NCBI GenBank assembly: GCA_023248535.1
Contig: JAHFEJ010000003.1
Location: 29,403 to 93,402, forward strand
Length of the DNA: 64,000 nucleotides
Direction of reading: 5' to 3'
Source of the DNA: Nitrospinales bacterium
GTDB taxonomy: Bacteria > Nitrospinota_A > UBA7883 > JACRGQ01
Below are positions 20,989-30,830 of the stretch, piece after piece. Position 1 is the first letter of the stretch. The number at the start of each line of letters is the position of its first letter. Position numbers and translations under genes: made by a program. The notes under the pieces are model-generated. The model had not been told where the DNA came from and made no database searches. It saw only the letters and a program-made list of their open reading frames with translations.

Positions 20989-22233
20989 ATGTCCGAACTC
21001 GCCAAAACCGACCCGGAAATATTTAAGGCCATCAAAGACGAAACCGGCCGCCAGGCGCATACGCTGGAGATGATCGCCAGCGAGAACTTCGTCTCCGAGG
21101 CGGTGCTGGAGGCGCAAGGCTCGGTGCTAACCAATAAATACGCGGAAGGGTATCCCGGCAAGCGGTACTATGGCGGTTGCGAGTTTGTCGACGTGGCGGA
21201 GCAGCTCGCCATCGACCGCGCCAAGCAGCTTTTCGGCGTCGATCATGCCAATGTGCAGCCGCACTCCGGATCGCAGGCAAACACCGCCATCTTTATCGCT
21301 GCGCTCAAGCCGGGCGACACCATATTGGGAATGAATCTTTCCCACGGCGGGCATCTCACGCATGGCCACCCGCTCAACCTGTCGGGCCGCCTCTACAAGA
21401 TCGCCGCCTATGGCGTTAACCGCGACACCGAACAGGTCGATTACGACGAGTTGATGAAGCTGGCCAAAGAACACCGCCCCAAGCTTATCATCGCCGGATG
21501 GAGCGCCTATCCGCGCGTACTCGATTTCGCCGCTTTCCGCCGCGTCGCCGACGAGGTGGGGGCGATGCTGATGACCGATATGGCGCACTTCGCCGGGCTT
21601 GTGGCGGCGGGGTTACACCCCAGCCCGGTGCCGCATTCCGATTTCGTCACCACCACCACTCACAAAACGCTGCGCGGCCCGCGCGGCGGCATGAGCATGT
21701 GCCGTGCGCAATATGCCAAAGAGCTTGATACCGCCGTCTTTCCCGGCATCCAAGGCGGGCCGCTCATGCATGTCATTGCCGCCAAAGCGGTCGCGTTTAA
21801 GGAAGCGCTGCAGCCCCCGTTCAAAGCGTATCAGCAGCAGATACTGAAAAACGCGAAGTCGCTGGGCGAGGAATTGACCGCGCATGGTTTCCGCCTCGTA
21901 TCGGGCGGCACCGATGTTCATCTGGTGCTCGTTGACCTCCGGCTGAAAAAGATCACCGGCAAGGTGGCGCAGCACGCGCTGGAAGAGGCGGGTATTACCG
22001 TGAACAAAAACACCATCCCCTTCGATCCCGAAAAACCGATGGTCACCAGCGGCATCCGGATCGGCACCCCGGCGCTCACCACCCGCGGCATGAAAGAAGG
22101 GGAGATGCGCAAAATCGCGAAGTGGATAGCCGAAACGCTCGATGCGCCGGACAACGCCTCCGTCGCGGCCGATGTCCGTAAAAAGGTGGAAACGCTCACG
22201 CGGGAATTCCCGCTGTACGCCAACCGGCTGTAG
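20989..22233 (+). CDS. glyA: Serine hydroxymethyltransferase.
   Basis: Full-length SHMT, including the PLP site [14 protein letters not shown]. Confidence 0.95.
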   Translation: MSELAKTDPEIFKAIKDETGRQAHTLEMIASENFVSEAVLEAQGSVLTNKYAEGYPGKRYYGGCEFVDVAEQLAIDRAKQLFGVDHANVQPHSGSQANTAIFIAALKPGDTILGMNLSHGGHLTHGHPLNLSGRLYKIAAYGVNRDTEQVDYDELMKLAKEHRPKLIIAGWSAYPRVLDFAAFRRVADEVGAMLMTDMAHFAGLVAAGLHPSPVPHSDFVTTTTHKTLRGPRGGMSMCRAQYAKELDTAVFPGIQGGPLMHVIAAKAVAFKEALQPPFKAYQQQILKNAKSLGEELTAHGFRLVSGGTDVHLVLVDLRLKKITGKVAQHALEEAGITVNKNTIPFDPEKPMVTSGIRIGTPALTTRGMKEGEMRKIAKWIAETLDAPDNASVAADVRKKVETLTREFPLYANRL

Positions 22234-22302
22234 CTGGGGGCGGGGAACGATGAAGAAACGCCCGGCGGCCGCGGGCGGCGCGCCGGGGCAAAGGAGTGTT
22301 GG

Positions 22303-22761
22303 ATGAAATGTCCCTTTTGCGGCAATACCGAGAATAAGGTGGTTGATTCGCGCGTGAGCAAGGAAGGGGACATCATCCGCCGCCGCCGCGAGTGCGACAA
22401 GTGCGGCGAACGGTTCACCACCCACGAGCGGATCGAGGAGACGCTGCCGCTCATCATCAAGAAAGACGGCCGCCGCGAGGAATTCGACCGCGAGAAGATC
22501 CGCAAGGGGCTGGACAAGGCCTTTGAGAAACGGCAGGTGGGTGTGGAGCAGAAAGAAGCGATCATTGACCGGGTGACCAAGCGGCTGAGGGACCTGGGTG
22601 AAAAAGAAATAAAAAGCGCCGCTATCGGGCAGGCCATTATGGACGAACTGAAAAACACCGACGAGGTGGCGTACGTCCGTTTCGCATCGGTTTACCGCTC
22701 GTTCCGCGACGTGAATGAATTCATGGATGAACTCAATAAACTGCTGGGGGAAAAGAAATAA
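22303..22761 (+). CDS. nrdR: Transcriptional repressor NrdR.
   Basis: Zinc ribbon MKCPFCG...[10 protein letters not shown] plus an ATP-cone. Confidence 0.95.
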   Translation: MKCPFCGNTENKVVDSRVSKEGDIIRRRRECDKCGERFTTHERIEETLPLIIKKDGRREEFDREKIRKGLDKAFEKRQVGVEQKEAIIDRVTKRLRDLGEKEIKSAAIGQAIMDELKNTDEVAYVRFASVYRSFRDVNEFMDELNKLLGEKK

Positions 22762-23390
22762 TGCCCCGCTTTTATCCAATGATGCTCGACCTGCGGGGGA
22801 AGCGGTGTGTGGTGGTGGGCGGCGGCGAAGTGGCGGCCCGCAAGGTGGAATCGCTGGTGGAATGCGGCGCGAAAGTGACCGTGATCGCCCCGGCGGTCGA
22901 TCCATCGCTGAAACCGCTTATCAGCGGCGGCGCGGTGACGCACTTCCCGCACAGCTATGGCGCGGGCGACCTGCACGGGGCCGTCTTGGCCATCGCCAGC
23001 ACCGACAACGAGGTGGTAAACCGCGCGGTCTATGCCGACGCCAACGCGCTGGGTATCCCGGTCAACGTGGTGGATGTGCCCGATCTCTGCACGTTCATCG
23101 TGCCGGCGGTTGTCGAGCAGGGGGACCTTACCATCGCGATTTCGACCTCCGGGAAAAGTCCTGCGATGGCCAAGCGTATCCGCAAGGAGATGGAAAAACA
23201 CTTTGGCCCCGAATACGGCGTGATGTTGAATCTGCTCGGCGAGGTGCGGCTACTGGCGCAGGCGCGGGAAAAGAGCCTGGACCGCCGGATGAAGCTGCTG
23301 ACCGCCATCGTAAACAGCGATGTATTGGAGCGGCTTCGCGGCGGCGCGCGCCCCTCGGCGGAAGAAGTGTATAGGGAATTCGCCGGATGA
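22761..23390 (+). CDS. sirC: Precorrin-2 dehydrogenase / sirohydrochlorin ferrochelatase (siroheme synthase N-terminal-type, SirC/Met8-like).
   Basis: Rossmann motif VVVGGGEVAARKV and characteristic length. Confidence 0.8.
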   Translation: MPRFYPMMLDLRGKRCVVVGGGEVAARKVESLVECGAKVTVIAPAVDPSLKPLISGGAVTHFPHSYGAGDLHGAVLAIASTDNEVVNRAVYADANALGIPVNVVDVPDLCTFIVPAVVEQGDLTIAISTSGKSPAMAKRIRKEMEKHFGPEYGVMLNLLGEVRLLAQAREKSLDRRMKLLTAIVNSDVLERLRGGARPSAEEVYREFAG

Positions 23391-24178
23391 AGACGCTGCT
23401 GACCCTGGCGCTCTTTTGCTATTTTCTGGCGATGCTCAAATTTTTTATGCATCTCGCCGTGCGGCGGCAATTTTTCCACGCCCTGGCTGTCACCATGTCG
23501 CTGATCGGCTTTGGGCTGCACACGGCGGGCCTGATGGCGATTTCGGCCAAGACCGGCCACGGCCCGTATACCACCCCGTTCGAATACACGTCGTTCTTTG
23601 CCTGGACCACAATGGCGGTGTTGCTGGTGTTCGCCGTTTTTCTCCGCCGCATCGCTTCGGTAGGGGCGTTTGTTTCCCCGTTGGCATTTCTTCTGATGGC
23701 GTATTCCATGCTGCTGCCTGAAGAGACCGGCGGCGGGCAAGTGCGCGCCTTCTGGCTCACCATGCACTATACCGTTTCGTTCCTGGCGCTCTCGTCGTTT
23801 ATCGTGGTATTCGCCGCCAGCGCCATGTATCTTATCCAGGAGAACGAGCTGAAGCACCACCGCTTCAGCGGCCTCTTCAAACGGATGCCGGATCTCGGCA
23901 CCCTTGACCTTCTGCTGAACCGGGCGCTGGTATTCGGTTTCCCCCTGATCAGCGTTGGCGTTTTGAGCGGCATGATCTGGTCCAATAAACTGTTCGGCAC
24001 GCTGATGGGGCCGAAACCGGTGCGGGTATTGCCGATCATTCTGGTCTGGTTCGTCTATGCCCTTCTCATGTTTGGGCGCACCGTCATCGGTTGGCGCGGC
24101 CACAAAATCGCGTTAGTGGGGCTGGCGGGCTTCGCGCTGGCCGCCGCCGCGGTCGGCATTCATCTCGCGGTGCGGTAA
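23387..24178 (+). CDS. Cytochrome-c-assembly-family membrane protein (HemX/CcsA-like).
   Basis: Eight TM helices. Similarity to the HemX-type proteins that follow haem-biosynthesis genes. No WWD motif seen. Confidence 0.5.
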   Translation: MKTLLTLALFCYFLAMLKFFMHLAVRRQFFHALAVTMSLIGFGLHTAGLMAISAKTGHGPYTTPFEYTSFFAWTTMAVLLVFAVFLRRIASVGAFVSPLAFLLMAYSMLLPEETGGGQVRAFWLTMHYTVSFLALSSFIVVFAASAMYLIQENELKHHRFSGLFKRMPDLGTLDLLLNRALVFGFPLISVGVLSGMIWSNKLFGTLMGPKPVRVLPIILVWFVYALLMFGRTVIGWRGHKIALVGLAGFALAAAAVGIHLAVR

Positions 24179-24245
24179 TTCTTCCTTTTTGCGCTATAAT
24201 CGCCCGCATAGGCACGCGTGTAATAAAAGGAGTCATTCCGGAAAC

Positions 24246-25493
24246 ATGGAAAGTGTCCTGCTTCTTGAGGAAAATGCGGCTTTCGCCCGGGTGATCGCCG
24301 CCAAGCTTCACAACGAGGCCGGATGCCATACCGTTATTGCCGCAAATCTGGCCGAGGCGCGCCGCCAGCTGGAATCAGGCGTCGAAGACATCATCATGGC
24401 GGTATGCGGATTTTCCCAGGCGGGTTCTCCAGGCGGGGCCGCTCTAGACTACCTGCTTGATAAAAAAATCCCCACCATCGCGCTGTGCGAAAAGTACGAC
24501 GAATCAATTCGTCAACGGCTGGCGGATAAGCCGGTAGTGGATCTGCTGCTGAAGCGGACCACTGAAGACCTTAACGTGCTGGCCACCGCGGTGCGCCGCG
24601 TACTGGGCAACCGGGGCCTCAAAATACTGCTGGTGGACGACGCCGCCCCCTACCGCGTCACCATGCGTGAAATGCTGGAACGGCAGCTTTACACGGTGTT
24701 TGAGGCTGCGGACGGGCGGGAGGGGTTGGATCAGCTTGAAAAGAATCCCGATATTAAGATCATCGTAACCGATTACTATATGCCGGTGATGGACGGTTTC
24801 GAGTTCGTCACCCGCGTGCGGAAAAATCACAAGCAGGAGAAGCTTGCCATCATCGTTCTCTCCGGCGCGCGGGAGGAGGACGTGGCGGCGAAGTTTCTCA
24901 AGTTCGGCGCAAACGACTTCATCAAAAAGCCGTTTTCCAGCGAAGAGTTTAGCTGGCGGATCAATCTCAACGCCGATCATTTGGAGCTAATGGAGCAGTT
25001 GCGGCGGACGGCCAATACCGACTACCTGACCGGCCTGTTGAACCGCCGCGCCTTTTATGCGGCGGCTGAGCGGCAGTTTGCCGAAGCGGTGGCGCATGGG
25101 CAGACACTGGCGCTGGGGATGTTGGACATCGACCATTTCAAGAAGGTGAATGACACCTATGGCCACGACGCCGGCGATGTGGCGATAAAGGATTTGGCCT
25201 CCCTGTTGACGAGGCATCTTCCAGCCGCGGATGCAATCGCCCGTTTTGGCGGCGAGGAGTTTTGCGTGTTGGCGCGGCGAAAGACTCCGGCGGCGATACT
25301 GGAAATGTTTGAATCGGCGCGGAAGGCCGTTGAGGCCTCATCAACCCGTTGCGGCGATGCCTCCTTCAGCTTCACCGTATCGGTGGGGGTCTGTATGAAA
25401 CCGATGGCGACGCTGGAGGAAACAATCGCGCGGGCCGATGCGCTGCTGTATGAAGCCAAGAATGGCGGACGAAACCGCGTTTGCGCCGGCTGA
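24246..25493 (+). CDS. Diguanylate cyclase response regulator (degenerate REC - REC - GGDEF; PleD-like).
   Basis: Second REC has an intact Asp pocket. GG(D/E)EF motif RFGGEEF with an upstream RxxD-like I-site. Confidence 0.85.
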   Translation: MESVLLLEENAAFARVIAAKLHNEAGCHTVIAANLAEARRQLESGVEDIIMAVCGFSQAGSPGGAALDYLLDKKIPTIALCEKYDESIRQRLADKPVVDLLLKRTTEDLNVLATAVRRVLGNRGLKILLVDDAAPYRVTMREMLERQLYTVFEAADGREGLDQLEKNPDIKIIVTDYYMPVMDGFEFVTRVRKNHKQEKLAIIVLSGAREEDVAAKFLKFGANDFIKKPFSSEEFSWRINLNADHLELMEQLRRTANTDYLTGLLNRRAFYAAAERQFAEAVAHGQTLALGMLDIDHFKKVNDTYGHDAGDVAIKDLASLLTRHLPAADAIARFGGEEFCVLARRKTPAAILEMFESARKAVEASSTRCGDASFSFTVSVGVCMKPMATLEETIARADALLYEAKNGGRNRVCAG

Positions 25494-25579
25494 CTCTCTG
25501 TATCAACACCACCCCCTTTTTCAAGGGGCGCAATGCAAGTGGTGCTAGAATGATACGCAAAATCATTATGGAGGCTAAC

Positions 25580-26167
25580 ATGAAAAAAGTTTTGGCATTG
25601 CTCATGGTTTTCATCATCGGCGGGGCAGGATCAGCGGGGGCGGCTACTTACGTCCTGGACAAATCACACTGCAATATCGGCTTTTCCGTCAAGCATATGG
25701 TTATTTCCAATGTGAAAGGAAAGTTCGACGACTTCGAAGGGAGCTTCGACTTTGATGAGGCAAAGAAAAGCATTGGCAGCGCCCAGGCGGTCATCAAGGC
25801 GGTAAGTATCAACACCAGCGACCAGAAACGCGACGACCATCTCCGCTCGCCCGAGTTTTTCGGCGTGGAACAGTTTCCCGAAATAACCTTTGCGTTAAAG
25901 AATGCCCGCTCCCTCGGCGGCGGCAAGATGCAGGTGTCGGGCGATCTCACGATACGCGGCGTCACCAAATCGGTGACCCTCACCGGTGAATTTTTGGGAA
26001 CCGCCAACGACCCGTGGGGGAACAAGCGCGCCGGGTTTACCGCCGAAGGGGAAGTCGTGCGCGCCGATTACGGCATGGTTTGGAACAAGCTGCTTGATGG
26101 CGGCGGCGTGGTGGTTGGCGAAAAGATAAAGCTGCAACTGGAAATCGAAGGGATTTTGAAGAAATAA
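25580..26167 (+). CDS. YceI-family periplasmic protein.
   Basis: Signal peptide plus YceI signature (DKSHCNIGFSVKHMVISNVKGKF). Confidence 0.85.
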   Translation: MKKVLALLMVFIIGGAGSAGAATYVLDKSHCNIGFSVKHMVISNVKGKFDDFEGSFDFDEAKKSIGSAQAVIKAVSINTSDQKRDDHLRSPEFFGVEQFPEITFALKNARSLGGGKMQVSGDLTIRGVTKSVTLTGEFLGTANDPWGNKRAGFTAEGEVVRADYGMVWNKLLDGGGVVVGEKIKLQLEIEGILKK

Positions 26168-26194
26168 TCACTGCCAATCGCGATTAGTTTTAAA

Positions 26195-26224
26195 GGGCGG
26201 CGTCACAGCGCCGCCCTTTTTTTA
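26195..26224 (+). terminator. Intrinsic terminator after the YceI gene.
   Basis: gggcggcg-tcacag-cgccgccc followed by TTTTTTTA. Confidence 0.6.
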
Positions 26225-26283
26225 TTCCGGCATGCAAGGCCTCCGGCAGGGAATGGGGATGAAACGGTTTTTGGCGGTATCGG

Positions 26284-26892
26284 TCATTGAGCAATGCCGG
26301 GAGCCGCAAGGGTCATCTTAAAAAACTGAAATGTGCCCGGGATGTTCGGATGGCAATGCACGCAGGTTTTTTTCATTCTTTCGATATCCATGAAATGGTA
26401 GGCGGGGTCGCCGGGGGAATGTGCGGGGTGGCAATCGATGCAGGGAAATTTGATCTTTGGCCGATGCGCGCTGATCCCGTGAAAGGTGCCGTGTTCCGCA
26501 TGGAGCGATTGGTGGCACGATTCGCACGTATCGTCCGGCATCATGCCCGCCTGCATCCGTTCCGGTTCCTTGTAGGCGCCTAGCAAATAGGCCGCGGTGT
26601 TTTTAACCTCTTCCCACCGGATGGCGAGCCGCTGCCCGGATGTTCGTCCTTCGTGGCATCCGGCGCAACTGAAATCCGCCTGTTTCGCCCGGTGCAGGGC
26701 GGCAAGGTTGCGTTGCGGCCGTTCCCGGAACAGCCGGCCCTTTTCGGCGTGGAGTGTCGTGCCGTCCGGCAAATGGCAGGTGGCGCAAAACGCCGGATCG
26801 CGTTTGGCTGTTTCAAGCGCCACGGCCAGTGCGGCGGCAAGAATCAAGCCGGCCAGCCCGGCGGCGATCAGGAGCATGACATTTTTTTTCAC
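26284..26892 (-). CDS. Membrane-anchored multihaem cytochrome c (5 CxxCH; NapC/NrfH-like).
   Basis: CATCH, CAGCH, CESCH, CIDCH and CVHCH motifs. N-terminal TM helix. Confidence 0.8.
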   Translation of the reverse strand: MKKNVMLLIAAGLAGLILAAALAVALETAKRDPAFCATCHLPDGTTLHAEKGRLFRERPQRNLAALHRAKQADFSCAGCHEGRTSGQRLAIRWEEVKNTAAYLLGAYKEPERMQAGMMPDDTCESCHQSLHAEHGTFHGISAHRPKIKFPCIDCHPAHSPGDPAYHFMDIERMKKTCVHCHPNIPGTFQFFKMTLAAPGIAQ

Positions 26893-26933
26893 AATTCATG
26901 TGCGGGCGCATTAAAACACCACGCGGCGTTATT

Positions 26934-27851
26934 CTACTGTGTATCGGCGTTGGCGGAATATTCGGGAAGCTCTTCGTCGCCCGCGGGATAATCCTCATGA
27001 TCCGCCGGGGAGCGTTTATCGACCGCCGCAAAACCGCCGCCGCGCTTGCGTCCTTCATTTATCGGCACGATGTTGCGCGCTTCCATTCCTTTTTCCCCTG
27101 GTACCAGGTCGAATTCAAAAACGATATCGCGGCTGGGAAGTTCATCCGCCACGGACTGGTCGCGGAAGCTGTAAAGGTGGGCGAAAGCGCTGACATACGG
27201 CGAGACCGGTTTGCGCGGATCCGTGACCCAGAGGTTGTCCAGCTTGTTCAGAAAACGCATGAAGCCGTACCCCTTGTCCTTGAAGAACTTGTTGCAGGTG
27301 CCGCGCACCTTGCTTCCCGGTTTGCCCCAATCGCCGCCGCCGTCGATCGGCAGAAGGCCTGGGATCAGGTAGCCGCTTACGAAGAGGTCGGCCTCTTTCT
27401 TCAGATCGTACGATACGTTTTTAAAGGCCACGATCTCGCAGCGCAGCCCCTTGCTTTGCAGTGCGCGCGCCACCTGCACAAAGTCGCCATCGCCGGTGGC
27501 CAGTATCACCTTTTCCATCCCCTCGGATTGCAGCAGCGCGTCCACGGCCATTTCCAGGTCGGTGTTCGCCTTGCTGTGGCGGTTGCCCAGTTCATCGGTG
27601 AACCATTTCACCTTTTTTTCGATGACTTTGTAGCCCCAGTCGCGCAGGGTGGAATAGAAATCGTTGGTGCCATGGCGGTAGTTGTTGTCGGTGCGGCCTT
27701 TTTCCTCGTCGAACACGGCGTACACGTTGAGGCGCACCGGGTTGTAGCCGTCACGGCTGGCGAAATCGCGCAGCACGTCGAAGCGCATGCCGTAGCCGCC
27801 CCCCATGTTCAGATTGCTCAGGTCCACATAAACGCCGACTGCTTTAGCCAT
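26934..27851 (-). CDS. NYN-domain (LabA-like) protein with a C-terminal cold-shock domain.
   Basis: N-terminal NYN/PIN-like acidic residues (VYVDLSN...ILATGDGDF). C-terminal CSD motifs KGYGFM and FHLYSF-like (VSAFAHLYSF). Confidence 0.65.
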   Translation of the reverse strand: MAKAVGVYVDLSNLNMGGGYGMRFDVLRDFASRDGYNPVRLNVYAVFDEEKGRTDNNYRHGTNDFYSTLRDWGYKVIEKKVKWFTDELGNRHSKANTDLEMAVDALLQSEGMEKVILATGDGDFVQVARALQSKGLRCEIVAFKNVSYDLKKEADLFVSGYLIPGLLPIDGGGDWGKPGSKVRGTCNKFFKDKGYGFMRFLNKLDNLWVTDPRKPVSPYVSAFAHLYSFRDQSVADELPSRDIVFEFDLVPGEKGMEARNIVPINEGRKRGGGFAAVDKRSPADHEDYPAGDEELPEYSANADTQ

Positions 27852-28127
27852 AAAATTCCCTTTCGGAATGGCGCAATGTGAGGCAATGAAGAGGGAATAC
27901 CGGGAGTGTGGCGTGAAAAGAGGCTGGATCGGTGATTATGAAACGCGCCTGGGGGCGCGCCGGCCGGTTTTGTGATTCATTGCTCTCATTGCGGATTATT
28001 GATATTTGGTTGAAAACGGCAAACACGGGTTTCCCGCGTTTGCTTTAATGTGCGCTGACGATTTCAATGTCCGTAATTGATTGTGGCGTCATTTTACCGT
28101 ATCCGGCCGAATATTCAAAACCGGAGG

Positions 28128-28868
28128 TTATTCCTCTTCTGATTTTTCCCTGGCGGGAGTTTGCCAAGGCTGCAGCAGCGCGGTAAGGCCGGATTCCTCC
28201 AGAAAACGTTCTTTGCCGATTTTGGCGATAAGGCGCCCAAGCCGCATTTTTTTGCCCCCTTGCTGCATGTAGGCGATGACCTTTTCGATCACGGCAAGCA
28301 CCGTTTTTTTGTCCTTGGCAAGGCCAACGCTTTGGGCCAGCACCGGGCCAAGGCCCGCCGAGCCTCCCAGCAGGATTTCGTACCCTTGGTTGTGCCCGAT
28401 GATGCCGATGTCTTTCACCGCCGGTTCGCTGCAGCTGCGGGGACAGCCGGCAATGCCGATGTGCAGTTTGACCGGCAGCGGAGTGCCGCGGAAGCGTTCG
28501 TCAATCGTCCGCGCCAGGTCCAGCACCGGCTGCTTGAAGCGCTGGCAAAACACCTCGGCGCTGCAGAGCCGCACGGGGCGGACGACCGGCGCTTTAAAGT
28601 TGTTCGATTGATAGCCGGGGGCGGGCTCGTGCGGGCGTTCATGCCCTTTCCAGACGAATACCATCTCGCCGCCGAATTTCACTTTTTCCGCGCCGGATTC
28701 TTTCATCTGCCCCACCAGCTTTTCCAGGTCGCCAATGGTAATGACCCCCGCCGGCATGTAGGGGGCGAACGTGGCGGGGCGCACCCGCCCGCTGGTGAGC
28801 GGTTTCTTTTTCATTGGCATGGGCTTCAGATTACCACAGCGGGGCGCGGGCCAAATGACTTTCGTCAT
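28128..28868 (-). CDS. Small assimilatory-type (low-molecular-weight) sulfite/nitrite reductase sirohaem-[4Fe-4S] protein.
   Basis: Cys cluster CSAEVFC...IAGCPRSC (Cx5C...CxxxC) typical of SiR/NiR haemoprotein domains. About 220 aa. The start is probably at MPMKKKP. Confidence 0.6.
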   Translation of the reverse strand: MTKVIWPAPRCGNLKPMPMKKKPLTSGRVRPATFAPYMPAGVITIGDLEKLVGQMKESGAEKVKFGGEMVFVWKGHERPHEPAPGYQSNNFKAPVVRPVRLCSAEVFCQRFKQPVLDLARTIDERFRGTPLPVKLHIGIAGCPRSCSEPAVKDIGIIGHNQGYEILLGGSAGLGPVLAQSVGLAKDKKTVLAVIEKVIAYMQQGGKKMRLGRLIAKIGKERFLEESGLTALLQPWQTPAREKSEEE

Positions 28869-28903
28869 TTCCGCGCCGCCGCGCCGCCATCGGTGGTATA
28901 CTC

Positions 28904-30181
28904 TTGCCCGTTATGAAAGTTCTGGTGATCGGCGGCGGCGGGCGCGAGCATGCCATCGCATGGCGTTTGAGCCAAAGCCCCCGCGTGACAAAGCTGTTCT
29001 GCGCGCCCGGGAATCCCGGCACCGCCGTCATCGCCGGCAATGTGGCGTTGGCGGCGGACGATGTGGAAGGGCTGCTTGCCTTCGCGCAAAAAGAACGGAT
29101 CGATTTCACCGTCGTCGGCCCCGAAATCCCCCTCGTCAAAGGGGTGGTGGACCTGTTTGCGAAAAACGGCCTGAAAATATTCGGCCCCACCCAAAGCGCA
29201 GCGCGGCTCGAGGGGAGCAAGGTCTTTATGAAGGAAATGCTCGTCAAGGCGGGCATTCCCACCGCGCACTACCAAGCGTTTGACGACGCCGCTTCCGCCA
29301 TCTCGCATCTCGACACTGCCGAGTTTCCGCTGGTCATAAAAGCGGATGGCTTGGCCGCCGGCAAAGGGGTGCTGGTCACGCACGACAAAGCGGAAGCGCG
29401 GGAGTTTATCAATGCCGCAATGGGGAAAAAAGTTTTTGGCGCCAGCGGCGACGCCATCATCATCGAACAATTCCTTCCCGGCGAGGAGGCCAGCTACATC
29501 GTGGTGGCGGACGGAACGGATTTTGTGCCGCTCGCCAGCGCACAGGATCACAAGCGCGTTTTCGACGGCGACAAGGGGCCAAACACCGGCGGGATGGGCG
29601 CCTACAGCCCCGCTCCGGTGGTGACAAAAGAGGTGGATGAAAAAATCAGGCGGAAGGTCATCGCGCCGCTTCTTAAAACAATGCGCGAAGAAGGATGCCC
29701 GTTCACCGGTTTCCTCTATGCTGGCATCATGGTCAGCAACGGCGAGCCGTATGTGCTGGAGTTTAACGTCCGCCTGGGTGATCCCGAGGCGCAGCCGTTG
29801 ATGTTCCGCTACCACGGCGACCTGTTGGCGGTGCTTGAAGCGGCGGTTGCGGGAAACGTCACCAGCGTAACCCCGCAATGGAAGAACGATGCCGCCGTCT
29901 GCGTGGTGATCGCTTCGGGGGGCTATCCCGGCGAATTCGAAAAGGGATTTATCATTGAGGGATTGGACGTCGCCGCTGAAAACGTAATGGTCTTTCACGC
30001 CGGAACAAAACGGGAAGCGGGTAATACCATAACCGCCGGGGGGCGCGTATTGGGAGTGACCGCCGGGGGGGCGACCATCGAAGAAGCAACAAGGCGTGCC
30101 TATGCACGGGCCGCGGTTATCAAGTTTGAGAGGATGTTTTACCGCAAAGACATCGCCCACCGCGCCATCAACCGCAAATAA
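28904..30181 (+). CDS. purD: Phosphoribosylamine--glycine ligase.
   Basis: Full-length PurD with an ATP-grasp domain. Confidence 0.95.
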   Translation: MPVMKVLVIGGGGREHAIAWRLSQSPRVTKLFCAPGNPGTAVIAGNVALAADDVEGLLAFAQKERIDFTVVGPEIPLVKGVVDLFAKNGLKIFGPTQSAARLEGSKVFMKEMLVKAGIPTAHYQAFDDAASAISHLDTAEFPLVIKADGLAAGKGVLVTHDKAEAREFINAAMGKKVFGASGDAIIIEQFLPGEEASYIVVADGTDFVPLASAQDHKRVFDGDKGPNTGGMGAYSPAPVVTKEVDEKIRRKVIAPLLKTMREEGCPFTGFLYAGIMVSNGEPYVLEFNVRLGDPEAQPLMFRYHGDLLAVLEAAVAGNVTSVTPQWKNDAAVCVVIASGGYPGEFEKGFIIEGLDVAAENVMVFHAGTKREAGNTITAGGRVLGVTAGGATIEEATRRAYARAAVIKFERMFYRKDIAHRAINRK

Positions 30182-30248
30182 GCGGCCAATAACTCCAGAC
30201 GAAAAAAAAGCGGGAACCCGTAAAGGCTCCCGCTTAAGGTAAAGAACG

Positions 30249-30821
30249 TTATTTCGGCGTTTTTATTTCAACGGCCGGGGATGGTTTGCTTTCAAGCCCG
30301 GTCGAATCGACCGCCGTGACATAGAACCCGTACGAAGAATCGGGTTTCACATCCTTCGAGATGAAAGAAGTTTCCGCGACAGTCGCCAGGACCGAGCCGC
30401 CAAAAAACCCCTTTTTGTAGACGTTGTATTTCACCACGTCTCCCGTGGGGGAAGGGCTCCATGAAAGATTGATGCCAGTCTGGTCCAGCGTGGCTGACGG
30501 GCTGCCGGGGGGGGTTGGCAACGGTTTAGTGGCGATACTGACGGTATCGGATTGAGCGCTTTCCAGGCCGTCGGTATCTTTCGCCGTCACGCGGAAGTAG
30601 TACGTCGCGCCATCATCCAGCTTGCCGGCGGTGAAAGAGGTTTCCTTTGCGCTGCCGGCCGAAGAGAACCCCTTGTCGGCATTTGTGCTCCGGTAGATCA
30701 GGTATTCTTTGATGTCTTGTTCCGCATTGGCGGTCCATTTAAGGGATGTCTGTTTTACTTCGCCGCTGGTTCCGGCAAGACCGGATGGTTTGGCTGGCAA
30801 CGGTTTGGTAACTCCGTTCAC
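30249..30821 (-). CDS. Two fibronectin-type-III repeats. This is the C-terminal continuation of the upstream FN3 protein, separated from it by a single in-frame TAA.
   Basis: Same frame as 30831-33299. FN3 consensus (W..Y.Y.V.A.D..G.ES) appears twice. Confidence 0.6.
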   Translation of the reverse strand: MNGVTKPLPAKPSGLAGTSGEVKQTSLKWTANAEQDIKEYLIYRSTNADKGFSSAGSAKETSFTAGKLDDGATYYFRVTAKDTDGLESAQSDTVSIATKPLPTPPGSPSATLDQTGINLSWSPSPTGDVVKYNVYKKGFFGGSVLATVAETSFISKDVKPDSSYGFYVTAVDSTGLESKPSPAVEIKTPK

Positions 30822-30830
30822 CGGTTCGGA

